From Candidatus Nanoarchaeia archaeon (lineage in GTDB: Archaea; Nanobdellota; Nanobdellia; SCGC-AAA011-G17; DATDVL01), in NCBI GenBank assembly GCA_035289925.1, contig DATDVR010000005.1, positions 112,916 through 176,915 of the forward strand: a stretch of DNA of 64,000 nucleotides. Reading direction: 5' to 3'. Position numbers and translations under genes: made by a program. Shown piece by piece: positions 47,548 to 58,057 of the stretch; the first letter of the stretch is position 1; each line of letters begins with the position of its first letter. The notes below the pieces were generated by a model, which searched no databases, was not told the origin of the DNA, and saw only the letters and a list, made by a program, of their open reading frames with translations.

Positions 47548-48747
47548 TTAAAGCTTCTGCTTAATCAGGATTTGAGTGTAATTGCCGTTAAAATAAGCCT
47601 TGACAGCCTTCTTGACGTCATTTAAGGTTACTTTCCTTATGTTTTTTATGTATTCCGGGCTTGACTTCCCAACCATAGAGAAGAAGGCATTATTGTCTGC
47701 CTTTTCCTTGTTATCCTCATTTTTTATAAGAAAATTGCCTTCAACATAGTCTTTTGCTTCTTGAAGCTCTTTTTGAGTCAGATTTTTAAGCTTGAACTGG
47801 TCTAAAACTATCTTCTTGCATTCTTCCAAGTTTTTAGCATCAGTATTCAAGTGAATAGCAAAGAAACCAAAGTCCAAGTTGGCTTCATAGACAGCTCCGA
47901 CAGAGTAAGCCAAGCCTCTTTTTATTCTTATTTCATCAAACAACCTTGAAGATTGGCCTCTGCCAAGAATTCCTTCAATGACTTCAAATGTGTAAGCGTC
48001 TTTTTTTGTGAAAGGAGATGCTTTGTATCCTATTAGCAAGTATGAATGCTCAGTTTTCTTATCAACAACAATTTTTTTTACTGATTTCTGCAATGATTCT
48101 TCGACAAACTTGTAAGGTTCTAGCTTAGAGCTTCTAAAAGAAGAGAAATATTTAGAAACCAAAGCTTTTACATTTGGGACTTCGCCAACTACTGAAAGGG
48201 TGGTGTTGTTTGCCAGGTAATGTTTTCTATAATAATTTATTATTTTTTGCCTTGTCAAAGACTGAACTGACTTTATGCTTCCATATACAGGATATTTTGC
48301 CTTGTTTTTCTCGAACAGATTTTGCTGTAATAATATCCACTGCAAATGCCTAGGCTCATCATGAAGCATCTTTATCTCGCTTACAATGACTTCACGCTCT
48401 TTTTCAATTGCCTTTGCATTAAACAATGGATTAATCAGTATATCAGAAATAACCTTGAATGCTTTTTCTACATGATTTTTTGGAACTAAAGTATAATAAA
48501 AAGTTCTTTCATTTGAAGTTGCTGCGTTTATTTCGCCACCAACTTTCTCAATCTCATTTGCCAAGGCTCTTGTCGTAAAATGCTTCGTGCCTTCAAAAAG
48601 TATATGCTCTAGAAAATGCGAAACTCCTTTCTCGTTGCTAGATTCGTTGTTGCTTCCAACTTTTACCAAAGCGTTTAAGCAGACAGAATTGCTCTTCTTC
48701 TTGTCGTATAAAACTGTTAATCCATTCTTAAGCTTGAAGACTTGCAT
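47548..48747 (-). CDS. M16-family zinc metallopeptidase (insulinase/pitrilysin-like)
   Basis: Inverted zinc motif HFLEHILFEGT (HxxEH), M16 N-domain. Confidence 0.85.
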   Translation of the reverse strand: MQVFKLKNGLTVLYDKKKSNSVCLNALVKVGSNNESSNEKGVSHFLEHILFEGTKHFTTRALANEIEKVGGEINAATSNERTFYYTLVPKNHVEKAFKVISDILINPLFNAKAIEKEREVIVSEIKMLHDEPRHLQWILLQQNLFEKNKAKYPVYGSIKSVQSLTRQKIINYYRKHYLANNTTLSVVGEVPNVKALVSKYFSSFRSSKLEPYKFVEESLQKSVKKIVVDKKTEHSYLLIGYKASPFTKKDAYTFEVIEGILGRGQSSRLFDEIRIKRGLAYSVGAVYEANLDFGFFAIHLNTDAKNLEECKKIVLDQFKLKNLTQKELQEAKDYVEGNFLIKNEDNKEKADNNAFFSMVGKSSPEYIKNIRKVTLNDVKKAVKAYFNGNYTQILIKQKL

Positions 48748-48792
48748 TTTCAGAAAGAGAATAACTATGTATTTAATTCTTTTGATAGGGAA

Positions 48793-50274
48793 CTACCAAG
48801 TTCTTAGAAATCTTGTTAATAATCTTATTCCGAAACCTGTTGCACCCTTGCTTAGTATTCCATCTTCCTTCTCAGCGTAAACGGGACCTGCTATGTCCAA
48901 ATGCGCCCAGCTCGTGCCCTTTTCTACAAATTCCTTCAGGAAAGCTGCGCCTGTCAATGAACCTGCTTTGCCTTCCCAGCCTCCAAGATTTTTAACATCT
49001 GCAAAATCAGACTTGACCATCTCAGAATGCTCTTCGTACAATGGAAGCTGCCAGACTTTTTCTCCTGTTTCTTCTCCGGCCTTGAAAATTTTTCTTATCA
49101 AGCCTTCGTCAGTGCCCATTATTCCTGCGATTGTGTCACCCAAAGCAACAATACATGCCCCTGTCAATGTTGCCAAGTCAATGATAGCTCTAGGCTTGTA
49201 CTTGTTTGCGTAGCTCAAAGCGTCTGCTAAAATAACTCTGCCTTCAGCATCTGTGTGCCAGATTTCTATAGACTTGCCGTTCATTGCTTTCACAATGTCG
49301 CCTGGCTTGTAAGCATTATTTCCAGGCATGTTTTCAGTCAAGGCTGCAATTCCAACAATCTTTATCGGCAATTTCAACAATGCTGCAATCCTAATCAAAC
49401 CTATGACAGCTGCAGCGCCTGCCATGTCTTCCTTCATGTCCTTCATTCCGTTTGCAGGCTTTATCCCTAGACCGCCAGAATCAAAAGTAATACCTTTGCC
49501 GACAAGAATAATTGTATCTTTAGCTGATCTTGGAGAATGTTCCATCACCAAAAATGCTGGCTCGTTGACTGAACCAGCATTCACTGCTAATAAAGCGTTC
49601 ATGCCCATCTCTTTTATCTCTTTCTTGTAAAAAATCTTGCAGTTGACATTTATTTTTTTGCAGATATCTCTAGCTTTTGAGGCAATGTAAGTTGGAATCT
49701 TTATTGAAGCTGGGGTGTTTACCAAATCTCTTGCAATCACGACAGATTCTGAAATTATTTTTCCATTTTCTAGACCTTTATTGAAGCTGTTGATGTTTTT
49801 TCCGTAGTAAAGCAAAGTTACTGACTGAATTTCATGATTTTTGTCTTTTTCATTTGTCTTGTATTCATTGAATTTGTAGTTGCTTAGGTGTAAGATTTCT
49901 GATAATAGTTCGCCAAGCTCTTCATCCTTAAAGGATAAATTGTCTAAAGCCAAAGAAAATGACTTTAATTTCAAAGATTTGGCATATCTTACGGCATTTC
50001 CCAATGCTTTCCTAAATTTCTCATTATTAAATTCTGATTCTTTTCCTAATCCTACTAAAATGACTTTCTTTATCTTGTCTGTGAAGAAAAAATGGTAGCA
50101 TTTTGAAAGCTCTGCCTTGAATTCTTCTGACTTTATTATCTTATTAACGAGATTTTCAGACTTGTCATTTGCATGAGAGAAACATTTCCCAGAGTTGCTG
50201 TCTGAAAAAACAGGCAAAATTAAAGCTTCATCCTTAATGTCTTCAATTCTTAATGACTTTACTGACACTTCCAT
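48793..50274 (-). CDS. pepA: leucyl aminopeptidase (M17 family)
   Basis: NTDAEGR-type block HTDAEGRVILADAL and VGKGITFDSGG. Confidence 0.9.
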   Translation of the reverse strand: MEVSVKSLRIEDIKDEALILPVFSDSNSGKCFSHANDKSENLVNKIIKSEEFKAELSKCYHFFFTDKIKKVILVGLGKESEFNNEKFRKALGNAVRYAKSLKLKSFSLALDNLSFKDEELGELLSEILHLSNYKFNEYKTNEKDKNHEIQSVTLLYYGKNINSFNKGLENGKIISESVVIARDLVNTPASIKIPTYIASKARDICKKINVNCKIFYKKEIKEMGMNALLAVNAGSVNEPAFLVMEHSPRSAKDTIILVGKGITFDSGGLGIKPANGMKDMKEDMAGAAAVIGLIRIAALLKLPIKIVGIAALTENMPGNNAYKPGDIVKAMNGKSIEIWHTDAEGRVILADALSYANKYKPRAIIDLATLTGACIVALGDTIAGIMGTDEGLIRKIFKAGEETGEKVWQLPLYEEHSEMVKSDFADVKNLGGWEGKAGSLTGAAFLKEFVEKGTSWAHLDIAGPVYAEKEDGILSKGATGFGIRLLTRFLRTW

Positions 50275-50426
50275 ATAAATGCTAGAAACTGGATTCTATA
50301 TAAAAGTTGTGTTGCCATTTAACAGGAAAAATGCATAAAATGCTATAGGAAAGGCTGGAAAGCTGTTTTACTGCATTTTCAGACTTTTCAGATAATTATA
50401 TAAGGTAAAATCAAGCCTGTTTTAAT

Positions 50427-50539
50427 GGGCCTGTAATTTAACCAGGATCAGAATGCGAGGCTTCGGTTTGGCCTTTGGCTAGATTTAATGCCTATCTTGG
50501 AGAAACCTTGATATCCAGGTTCAAATCCTGGCAGGCTCA
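50427..50539 (+). tRNA. tRNA-Arg (anticodon UCG) with ~38-nt intron at 37/38
   Basis: Acceptor GGGCCTG/CAGGCTC (one G·U), D-stem ATTT/GAAT, anticodon stem CGAGG/CCTTG, loop CTTCGG, T-arm CCAGG-TTCAAAT-CCTGG. Exon CTTC pairs with intron GGAG next to 3-nt bulges (BHB-like); intron about 50467..50504. Confidence 0.55.
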
Positions 50540-50592
50540 TTCTAATAAAATTTACAATAAAGTATATAAACAAATAAGCTAATTTTTTTAGC

Positions 50593-52023
50593 ATGCCAAA
50601 AGAGGAGCAGAAAGGTATCACAGTAAAGAAAGAAGCAGACATGGCAGATTGGTATAGCCAAGTTGTGATTAAAGCTGAGCTTGCGGATTATTCCAGCATA
50701 AGAGGATGTCTAGTAATACGGCCTTATGGCTATGCAATCTGGGAAAAAATAATGGAATATTTCAATGAGAGACTTAAGAAATTAGGTGTCAAAAATGCTT
50801 ATTTTCCTTTGTTCATTCCAGAATCATTTTTTGAAAAAGAAAAAACACATGCAAAAGGATTTTTTCCTGAAGTTGCGTGGGTTGAGAGGAAAGACAAGAA
50901 TGAAGAAAGACTGGCAATAAGACCGACTTCTGAAACTATAATGTATGATTCCTACTCAAGATGGATAAGAAGCTGGAGAGATTTGCCTTTAAAGATAAAC
51001 CAGTGGTGCAACATTGTGAGATTTGAAGTAAAAGATGTGAAGCCTTTCTTAAGAAGCAGGGAATTTTTATGGCAGGAAGGGCATAACGTATTTGAAGACG
51101 AGAAAGGAGCGAGCAAAGATGCGTTGACAATGATAAGTGAATACAAAAAACTAGCTGAAGAATTACTAGCAGTTCCTGTTCTAACTGGAAAGAAGACAGA
51201 GCATGAAAAGTTTCCAGGAGCTTACTTCACAACAACAATAGAAGGATTTATGCCTGATGGAAAGGCATTACAGATGGGAACAAGCCATAATCTAGGTCAA
51301 GGATTTTCAAAAGCATTCAACATAGAATTTTTAGGCAAAGATGGGAATAAGCACAGGCCATGGCAGACTTCATGGGGATTTTCAACTAGATTGATTGGAG
51401 CTTTGGTGATGATGCATGGAGATGACAAAGGATTAATATTGCCTCCTAAAGTAGCGCCAATACAAATTGTTATCGTGCCAATATTGCCAAAAGAAGGAAA
51501 GGAAAAAGTCTTGGAGAAAGCTGAAGAACTAAAGAAAAAACTAAGCAGCAAATACAAAGTTCACATGGATTCAAGAGAAGAATACAGCCCAGGATGGAAG
51601 TTCAACGAATGGGAGATGAAAGGAGTTCCTTTAAGAATTGAAATAGGGCCAAAAGACATTGCAAATAAAAGCGTTGTAATAGCGAGAAGAGACAATGGAA
51701 ACAAGAAAAATATTAAAGTCAAAGACATTGAAACTAAAGTTGGAAAAGACTTAGAGGACATTCAAAAATCGCTTTATAAAAAGGCTGACAAATTTATGAA
51801 GAGTAATGTTACTGATGCAAAGAACTGGGATGATTTTCAGAAAGCAATCGATAAAAAAATGATGGTTAAATCTTTATTTTGCGGCAAAGTAAATTGCGAG
51901 GATAAGATAAAAGAAAAAACCAATGGCGTGACAGCAAGGGTCATTGAAAGTGAGGCAAAAGGAAAATGCGTTCACTGTAATGATGATGCTAATCTAAAAG
52001 TTTATTTTGCCAAATCATATTAA
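50593..52023 (+). CDS. proS: prolyl-tRNA synthetase (archaeal/eukaryal type)
   Basis: Class II motifs; archaeal-type length (476 aa) with C-terminal zinc-binding region (…CVHCNDDA…). Confidence 0.9.
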   Translation: MPKEEQKGITVKKEADMADWYSQVVIKAELADYSSIRGCLVIRPYGYAIWEKIMEYFNERLKKLGVKNAYFPLFIPESFFEKEKTHAKGFFPEVAWVERKDKNEERLAIRPTSETIMYDSYSRWIRSWRDLPLKINQWCNIVRFEVKDVKPFLRSREFLWQEGHNVFEDEKGASKDALTMISEYKKLAEELLAVPVLTGKKTEHEKFPGAYFTTTIEGFMPDGKALQMGTSHNLGQGFSKAFNIEFLGKDGNKHRPWQTSWGFSTRLIGALVMMHGDDKGLILPPKVAPIQIVIVPILPKEGKEKVLEKAEELKKKLSSKYKVHMDSREEYSPGWKFNEWEMKGVPLRIEIGPKDIANKSVVIARRDNGNKKNIKVKDIETKVGKDLEDIQKSLYKKADKFMKSNVTDAKNWDDFQKAIDKKMMVKSLFCGKVNCEDKIKEKTNGVTARVIESEAKGKCVHCNDDANLKVYFAKSY

Positions 52024-53970
52024 CCCTAAAGAAGCTAGAATATTAATATACCACGGGACATTGTTGACTTTAATAAAAATCTTGTCTTCATGTTCATATT
52101 TTTTGCCTTCTTCGTCTTTGTAAGTTATTTTAACTGGGATTCCTCTTAATATTTTGTGTGAAGGAATTTTGAGCATAACCTCTCCTTTAGAAGTCAGCTG
52201 GTCAAAATATAAATGGCCAACCCCAAAGTCCAAATCAACATCATATATTTCAGTATTTGTATTTATTATGAAGCTTACTTTTTGCAACCTATTGTATTCA
52301 ACAGCTTCAGGATTTACGTCTGAAAAAAATATATTTGGTATCATCAAAACCTTAATAGGCAGGTACTTGTATTCTATTGAATCCTTTGTCTCTGCTGAAA
52401 TCAATAATCTTCCCGACTCATGCGCATCTATTTTAATAGTTATGTCCTTCACTTCATCTTTATTCAAAGAATAAGAACTGCAATGATCGCTTACGCAAAA
52501 ATTAATGTCATAAATATCCTGGCTGGCTTTCAATTTGCAATTAACATCAGCAGTTTCATTTTCATAATAAAAGGGCTTGTTAAGTTCACAATCAAAATTC
52601 AAGCATGATGCTTGACCATCGCCAGTGCAAATAAAATTATTTTTATCTTCCTTGCTCAATAAATTACTAATTTGTGCTTCTGCATCGCTTTTAGCAATAA
52701 ATTTTGAAGCAGCATCATAAGTTATTTTAGAGAAAGCCTTGTTTCCATAGACATCAGAGATTTCAATGTCTGAAGTGTAGCTATAATCAGCTCTTAAGCC
52801 ATCCTGAATCTTCAAAGTCCAGTAAATAATCTTGGTTTCTTTAGGCTTCAGAAGAATTTCACGAACATTTTTTTCAACCAAGCCAGGCGCTTTGGTCACT
52901 GCAACCTGCGTTGAAACATATAAATCCTTTTTGTTTGTCACTACAACTGCTAAAGGAACGTAGCTGCCAAACTTAACTTTATCTTCCAACGTATAAGTGC
53001 TAATTTCAACTGGGCTTGCGATTGGAATGCCAACCTCTTCAACCTTAGTTTCTATGTTTATTTTGCTTATGTCAATTTTAATTCCTTCTGCAGACCAAGA
53101 ATAGAAAACTGCAGGGGTTCCTGAATCAACATCGTCCTTCAGCCTTACATGATCTGGAGAAAGCCAACCGTATTGACCAAGAGTAACGTCGAAAGGCACC
53201 CAACCATAATCTGGGAAATAGACTTCTGCCCAGCCGTGGTTTGAAAATTTGTAATCAATATTTGAATATATCACTCCAGAAACGAATCTTGCTGGAATTC
53301 CTAAGCTTCTTATAAATGAAATGAATAAATTTGTTATTTCATCGCAAACACCATATCTATTCTTAAGAACCCAAGAGCTTTTCTGGTCGACTTCTGCTGT
53401 CAAGGTGTTCAAGCTGTATTCAATATTATTTTTTGTCCAGTCAGCAATCTTGAAAACAATCTCATACAAATCCTCATCAAGACTAATAGGCCCAATTATC
53501 TCTCTTGCTTTAGCTTCTATTTCTCCATTTATGTCTATGAATTCAGTGGCTTTTGTATACTCAAAAAATTCACCAGGTATCTTCCTAACTGGAAAAATGG
53601 ACTTGCTCTTTATTTCAAAGAAATTATTCGAAACTCTAACTTTTGAGGTCAATGAATAACGAAGTTCTTTACTAGTAGGCTCTGTCCATGTAAAAGCTAT
53701 AGAATCGGTGTCTTTTTTTGCAATTGCTTCTGGAACTGAGTCAAAAGTTGTCTTCATTACTGTCTGCCTGAAAGTGTTAATTGGGAAATAATTCAAATCT
53801 GCCTTGATAAAACTTATCTCGCTTGAAGATGAAGTAGGAGAAGCATATATTTCAGCACTTATCTTAACTTCAATATCGAGGAAACTTGCTGAATTGTAAT
53901 TTTCTACAGCTGCATTAACAGGAAATGCTAAAAGCAATGCTAAAAGTAAAACATATTTTATTGATATCAC
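52015..53970 (-). CDS. large secreted transglutaminase-like domain protein
   Basis: Signal peptide, then a transglutaminase-like core (YGVCDEITNLFISFIRSLGIPARFVSG…HGWAEVYF…GWVPFDVT: Cys-His-Asp). Confidence 0.7.
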   Translation of the reverse strand: MISIKYVLLLALLLAFPVNAAVENYNSASFLDIEVKISAEIYASPTSSSSEISFIKADLNYFPINTFRQTVMKTTFDSVPEAIAKKDTDSIAFTWTEPTSKELRYSLTSKVRVSNNFFEIKSKSIFPVRKIPGEFFEYTKATEFIDINGEIEAKAREIIGPISLDEDLYEIVFKIADWTKNNIEYSLNTLTAEVDQKSSWVLKNRYGVCDEITNLFISFIRSLGIPARFVSGVIYSNIDYKFSNHGWAEVYFPDYGWVPFDVTLGQYGWLSPDHVRLKDDVDSGTPAVFYSWSAEGIKIDISKINIETKVEEVGIPIASPVEISTYTLEDKVKFGSYVPLAVVVTNKKDLYVSTQVAVTKAPGLVEKNVREILLKPKETKIIYWTLKIQDGLRADYSYTSDIEISDVYGNKAFSKITYDAASKFIAKSDAEAQISNLLSKEDKNNFICTGDGQASCLNFDCELNKPFYYENETADVNCKLKASQDIYDINFCVSDHCSSYSLNKDEVKDITIKIDAHESGRLLISAETKDSIEYKYLPIKVLMIPNIFFSDVNPEAVEYNRLQKVSFIINTNTEIYDVDLDFGVGHLYFDQLTSKGEVMLKIPSHKILRGIPVKITYKDEEGKKYEHEDKIFIKVNNVPWYINILASLGLI

Positions 53971-54025
53971 CTCTACAATTAAGGAATAAAGAAAATTTAT
54001 ATACTTATCTTTTTTAGATTAAATC

Positions 54026-54652
54026 ATGTATATATTAGCAGAAAAAGAAGCAGAAGAATTTCTTGAAAGGCATGGGTTTCCTGTAAGCAAAAGGCTAGTA
54101 ACAAGAGATGTAAAAGAGACTTTGAAATACTGCCATAAAATTGGATTTCCTGTTGCGCTCAAGATTGTAAGCCCTAGCATAATACATAAGTCAGATGTTG
54201 GCGGAGTTTTCCTTGACTTGAGGAACGATAAAGAGGTTGTTGACGCTTTTAATAATATAAAAAAGATAAAAGGCTATGAAGCTGTGATGGTGGAGAAATA
54301 CACCAGTGGAAAATTCTTGCTTTTAGGACTGAAGAAAGATGCTGCATTCGGGCATGCAATCGCAGTTGGCTGGGGTGGTATTTATACAGAAGTTTTGAAG
54401 GACATAAGCTTCAGAATCTGCCCAATCGATAATAAGGAAGCTGAAAAAATGCTGGAAGAGCTTAAATTTTTCAAAGTATTAAAAGGAGTAAGAGGAGAAA
54501 AACCTGTCAATTTCAGAAATATCATTGATGTTATTGTAAAACTATCTAAACTGCCACTAAAATACAAGGCCATAACAGAGCTTGATATAAATCCAATGAT
54601 TGCAGACGAAAAAAACGTAAGGATTGTCGATGCACGGATTGTCTTTAACTAG
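54026..54652 (+). CDS. ATP-grasp domain protein, ADP-forming acetyl-CoA synthetase beta-like
   Basis: …EAEEFLERHGFPVSK…GFPVALKIVSPSIIHKSDVGGV… matches the ATP-grasp_5 (acetate--CoA ligase ADP-forming) pattern. Confidence 0.6.
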   Translation: MYILAEKEAEEFLERHGFPVSKRLVTRDVKETLKYCHKIGFPVALKIVSPSIIHKSDVGGVFLDLRNDKEVVDAFNNIKKIKGYEAVMVEKYTSGKFLLLGLKKDAAFGHAIAVGWGGIYTEVLKDISFRICPIDNKEAEKMLEELKFFKVLKGVRGEKPVNFRNIIDVIVKLSKLPLKYKAITELDINPMIADEKNVRIVDARIVFN

Positions 54653-55563
54653 ACGTAAATTGCCATCTTATGAGCAAAATGGCTTGAATTCTTGATCAAC
54701 TCTTCTCTGTTGGCTGCCTTTTTTATATTATAAGGAGCCATTATGGTTTTTGTGTCAAAAGCAATTGTTTTATCATGAATGTTATTATAAAAATTCAAAT
54801 TAGTCCTTCTCAAATTTTCTTTTATATTTTCAGGAACATAAAAAGTTTCACTGAGCAAAAAACTGTAAAGACCCAATGACAAAAAGAAATGATCAGAATC
54901 CTGACTAAATATTGAAACTGGAGTCAAGCCAGAAATCAATGAAGTGAATGCAGCTGCAACAGTCTCTTCATCAGCCCTTGATTTTGCCCTTACACTTTTA
55001 TCCTTTCTTCCATGATGTTCTTTAAATTTTTCCTTCCTAAACTTTAAATTATCGTCAAGGTAAGTGATAAATGAAAATAGAGTATCTGTAAGATTCTTAT
55101 TCTGCGAGTGATAAATATTTTTTGCTATAAAATTTGAATAAAAGTTTTTATGCTCTTCTACAAAATCTTTCAATGCTTCAATATTATCATCATTATCTTG
55201 AATTTTTTCTTCACTATATTTTGACCATTTCCTTCCTTCAACACCTTTTGTAGAAAGCAGCTTTAGCCTTTCGTCCAAAAGTTTGCATCTTTCTTCAAAT
55301 TCTTCAACAACTTTTGGCACTACCCTTAATTTTACTTCTTCATCCTGCATAACAATATTTTCGAGAGATTTTAAAAAAGAAATTTCCCTTTTCACCCATT
55401 CAGTATCCAATTGGCTAATTGACCTAATTGCGATTATATGCCTAACTAAACAGAGTCCTTCTTCATTTTGAAGATTAAAAGCACTTGAATCAAGAAAAGA
55501 AACATGACTCTTCTCTAAAAGCTCTGTTGCCTTACCGTTAATTTCTCCCAATAAATATTTCAT
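54649..55563 (-). CDS. hypothetical protein
   Basis: 304-aa ORF; no family recognised. Confidence 0.5.
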   Translation of the reverse strand: MKYLLGEINGKATELLEKSHVSFLDSSAFNLQNEEGLCLVRHIIAIRSISQLDTEWVKREISFLKSLENIVMQDEEVKLRVVPKVVEEFEERCKLLDERLKLLSTKGVEGRKWSKYSEEKIQDNDDNIEALKDFVEEHKNFYSNFIAKNIYHSQNKNLTDTLFSFITYLDDNLKFRKEKFKEHHGRKDKSVRAKSRADEETVAAAFTSLISGLTPVSIFSQDSDHFFLSLGLYSFLLSETFYVPENIKENLRRTNLNFYNNIHDKTIAFDTKTIMAPYNIKKAANREELIKNSSHFAHKMAIYV

Positions 55564-55615
55564 TTTTACTACAAAACTATCCTTTTCTTAAGTTTTTAAA
55601 ACTTTCTAAAAAAAA

Positions 55616-56647
55616 TTAATTTACTGCTTTTTTGAATAATTCAATGAATTTATCAAAGTCTTCTTTTTTTACTGAGGCACCGCATGCATAATCATGACCA
55701 CCGCCATGCCCTGGGATTTCCTTCAGAGCCTTAGCAAGAATAGGAGCTACTTTTACGCCTTTGCCACGAATGCTCATCCTGACATCGCCATTAGCTTCTC
55801 TTGCAATTATGAAGACTTTGGCATTTATTCTGTAAGCTAGCTCAGTGCTTAACTGGCCTGTAAAGCTTGTGTCGAAAGTTTCGTAATTAAACATATAAAT
55901 ATTTTTATCTGGCTTAACTGACAAGGCTTTATGCAATAAAACTTCATAGCCTTTGTTTATTTTAACAAACCTATTCCAAAGAAATTTGCCTTCTTTAGAT
56001 TCCTGCCTCAAAATTTCGTAAGGATTTTTCAATTTTCTTAATATTGAAATGCATTTTCTTACTTCTGAAGTCTTTCCTTTCAGGCATGAAGCAAAAACCT
56101 TAATTAAAGTTCCAATAGGTTTTGTGAACAAAGCTTCTGGTGGTTCTTTGGCATTGTCAATCAATTCTGGATATTCATAATCCTTCATGAAATCCTTGTC
56201 TGGAATGAAAAAATCAGCCACAATTCCTGTTGCAGCAAGCCATGAATCTTCCTTGTTGTTTGCTATCTGATAAGACCAATAGCTTGTGCATCTTGTGTCA
56301 TTTTCATCGTAAATTCTAGGGTTGACATACTTGATTCCCTTTACATCTAAAACAGGATGATGGTCTACTATTATAAAAGGAACCTTGACTTGATCTATCA
56401 AAGTCTGATTGATAGTTGGCTTGTCCAAAGTCAGGACCAAATCAGCATGATATTCATCAATTTTTCTCAAGTAAAACTCGTCAGAATGCTCGTTTCTTGG
56501 AACCATAATCCCATGGCCTTTTTTGTATTTCCTAAACAAAAGCAGAAAGCTAGTCAAGCCATCAGGGTCATCATCAAAGAAAAACAATGGATTTTCTGAC
56601 TTTTCTAGCTTGTCTCTAACCTCTTGAATAAGCTTATCGGGTATCAT
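55616..56647 (-). CDS. DHH/DHHA1 phosphoesterase (NrnA/RecJ-like)
   Basis: DHH motifs (FFFDDDPDGLTS, IIVDHHP) and DHHA1 GGGH (GHGGGHDYACGAS). Confidence 0.75.
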   Translation of the reverse strand: MIPDKLIQEVRDKLEKSENPLFFFDDDPDGLTSFLLLFRKYKKGHGIMVPRNEHSDEFYLRKIDEYHADLVLTLDKPTINQTLIDQVKVPFIIVDHHPVLDVKGIKYVNPRIYDENDTRCTSYWSYQIANNKEDSWLAATGIVADFFIPDKDFMKDYEYPELIDNAKEPPEALFTKPIGTLIKVFASCLKGKTSEVRKCISILRKLKNPYEILRQESKEGKFLWNRFVKINKGYEVLLHKALSVKPDKNIYMFNYETFDTSFTGQLSTELAYRINAKVFIIAREANGDVRMSIRGKGVKVAPILAKALKEIPGHGGGHDYACGASVKKEDFDKFIELFKKAVN

Positions 56648-56973
56648 TTAGCTACTAATTTAAGAAGATTTTATAAACTTAATGAATTTCTAAATTTTAT
56701 GGTCTATAATATTCCTTTATGGCAGGAAATAAGCATTTACATCTATGTTTTATTTGCCATAGCCTGCTTTGCATTGCTAAGCAAAATAAAGATATTTGGT
56801 ATGAATCTAATAAACTTGAAGTATAGAATATTAATCTCAATATTCTCTCCGTTGATACTGGTTTTATTAATTGCTTTACTTCCTTTAATAATAATTGCGG
56901 CAATATTTGGATTGACATTCTTGAAAAAGGCTAATAAAGCTTTTAAAATAGAGATAAAAAGATTTTAAAAAAA

Positions 56974-57591
56974 TTACTTAGGCAAAGGCAAGTCTTCCTT
57001 GTTCCTGTTTACGTTCCTTCTCAATCTTCTGAACTTGTTTGCAGTCTTTGAAGGACGCATATGCTCAAAACCTTTTCCTTTTCCAGCCAAACCACGAGTC
57101 TGCCTTGCTGCTCTTGTCAATCCTCTATAAGATCTTCTGAAGTTTGCTTTGTCTGCAAGCCATTCATAACCTGCATACTTTGAAACCAATTCTCTGTCTG
57201 CTAAAATGACTTCATACCAGTAATATTTACCGTCTTGTGCAACATAATATGAATTTAGAACTTCGCAATTGTAATAATGCTTGTTTGCTCTCTGCTCTGC
57301 TATTGACTGATAATTCTTATGGACAATCAACATACGCCTCATCTGCCTTGGCTTTCTACCTGAGCTGAATTTCTGCCTTTGTCTTCCACCTCTTAATAAT
57401 TTAACACGAACAACAAAAAGTCCTTTTTTTGCCTTGTAGCCTAATGCCCTTGCCCTGTCTAATCTTGTAGGGTGTTCTAATTTAGTAAGTGCACCTTCTC
57501 TTCTCCAGACCTGCATCCTTTCTTTCCAAACGTCTTCTACCTGCTCAGAAGGCTTTAGCCATTGGTTTTTTAAAGCTTGATAGAGTCCCAT
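56974..57591 (-). CDS. rpl15e: ribosomal protein L15e
   Basis: MGLYQ…RLDRARALGYKAKKG…; very basic, arginine-rich; an eL15 family match. Confidence 0.9.
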   Translation of the reverse strand: MGLYQALKNQWLKPSEQVEDVWKERMQVWRREGALTKLEHPTRLDRARALGYKAKKGLFVVRVKLLRGGRQRQKFSSGRKPRQMRRMLIVHKNYQSIAEQRANKHYYNCEVLNSYYVAQDGKYYWYEVILADRELVSKYAGYEWLADKANFRRSYRGLTRAARQTRGLAGKGKGFEHMRPSKTANKFRRLRRNVNRNKEDLPLPK

Positions 57592-57861
57592 TTTAATCCT
57601 AAATTTGACTGCGAAATAGTGTTTTTAAAGGTTTTGATTTAGTGGGTGTTGTTGAAAATGTCTAGAAAAGCTACATCTCTTTACAATAGAAGGTTCGTAT
57701 AAATAGTCGCTCACTAGTAAATTGAAGAATATTATAGCTTGAATGTTACAACTAAACTGAGATTTTCAACAGAGCCGATTTAGTGAAATTGTCTACTGCA
57801 GTATATAAATGCTTTTAAATAGTAACTATTTGAAAATGGTATCAATAGGGGGTTTTACAAT

Positions 57862-58056
57862 ATGAAACATGTTTTTGAAATTTTAATAGGATTATTGCTT
57901 ATAACTATAGTCGCTTATGTTGGAATTTCTATACCAAGGATATTATTGGCGGCAATAAGGTTTGCAGAAGGAGCATTAATGTGGGGATTTTTGCTCGTAG
58001 GAATAGGATTATTATTGCTAGGTTTAAGTGACTTAAAAGAAGCATTGGCAAAGTAA
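57862..58056 (+). CDS. small two-TM membrane protein
   Basis: 64 aa, two hydrophobic helices. Confidence 0.35.
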   Translation: MKHVFEILIGLLLITIVAYVGISIPRILLAAIRFAEGALMWGFLLVGIGLLLLGLSDLKEALAK

Positions 58057-58057
58057 A

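Noticed and set aside
48587-50098. Multiple plus-strand ORFs (48587..48880, 48813..48995, 48893..49213, 49027..49230, 49255..49470, 49328..49630, 49880..50098)
   Set aside because: All are antisense to the M16 and M17 peptidase genes, which have clear catalytic motifs.
50448-50642. ORF 50448..50642 (-)
   Set aside because: It overlaps the intron-containing tRNA-Arg candidate and the start of proS.
56624-56968. ORF 56624..56968 (+), hydrophobic 114 aa
   Set aside because: It could be a small membrane protein, but its Ile/Leu/Phe-rich composition is what AT-rich non-coding DNA yields by chance, and its start overlaps the DHH gene start on the opposite strand. Left unannotated.
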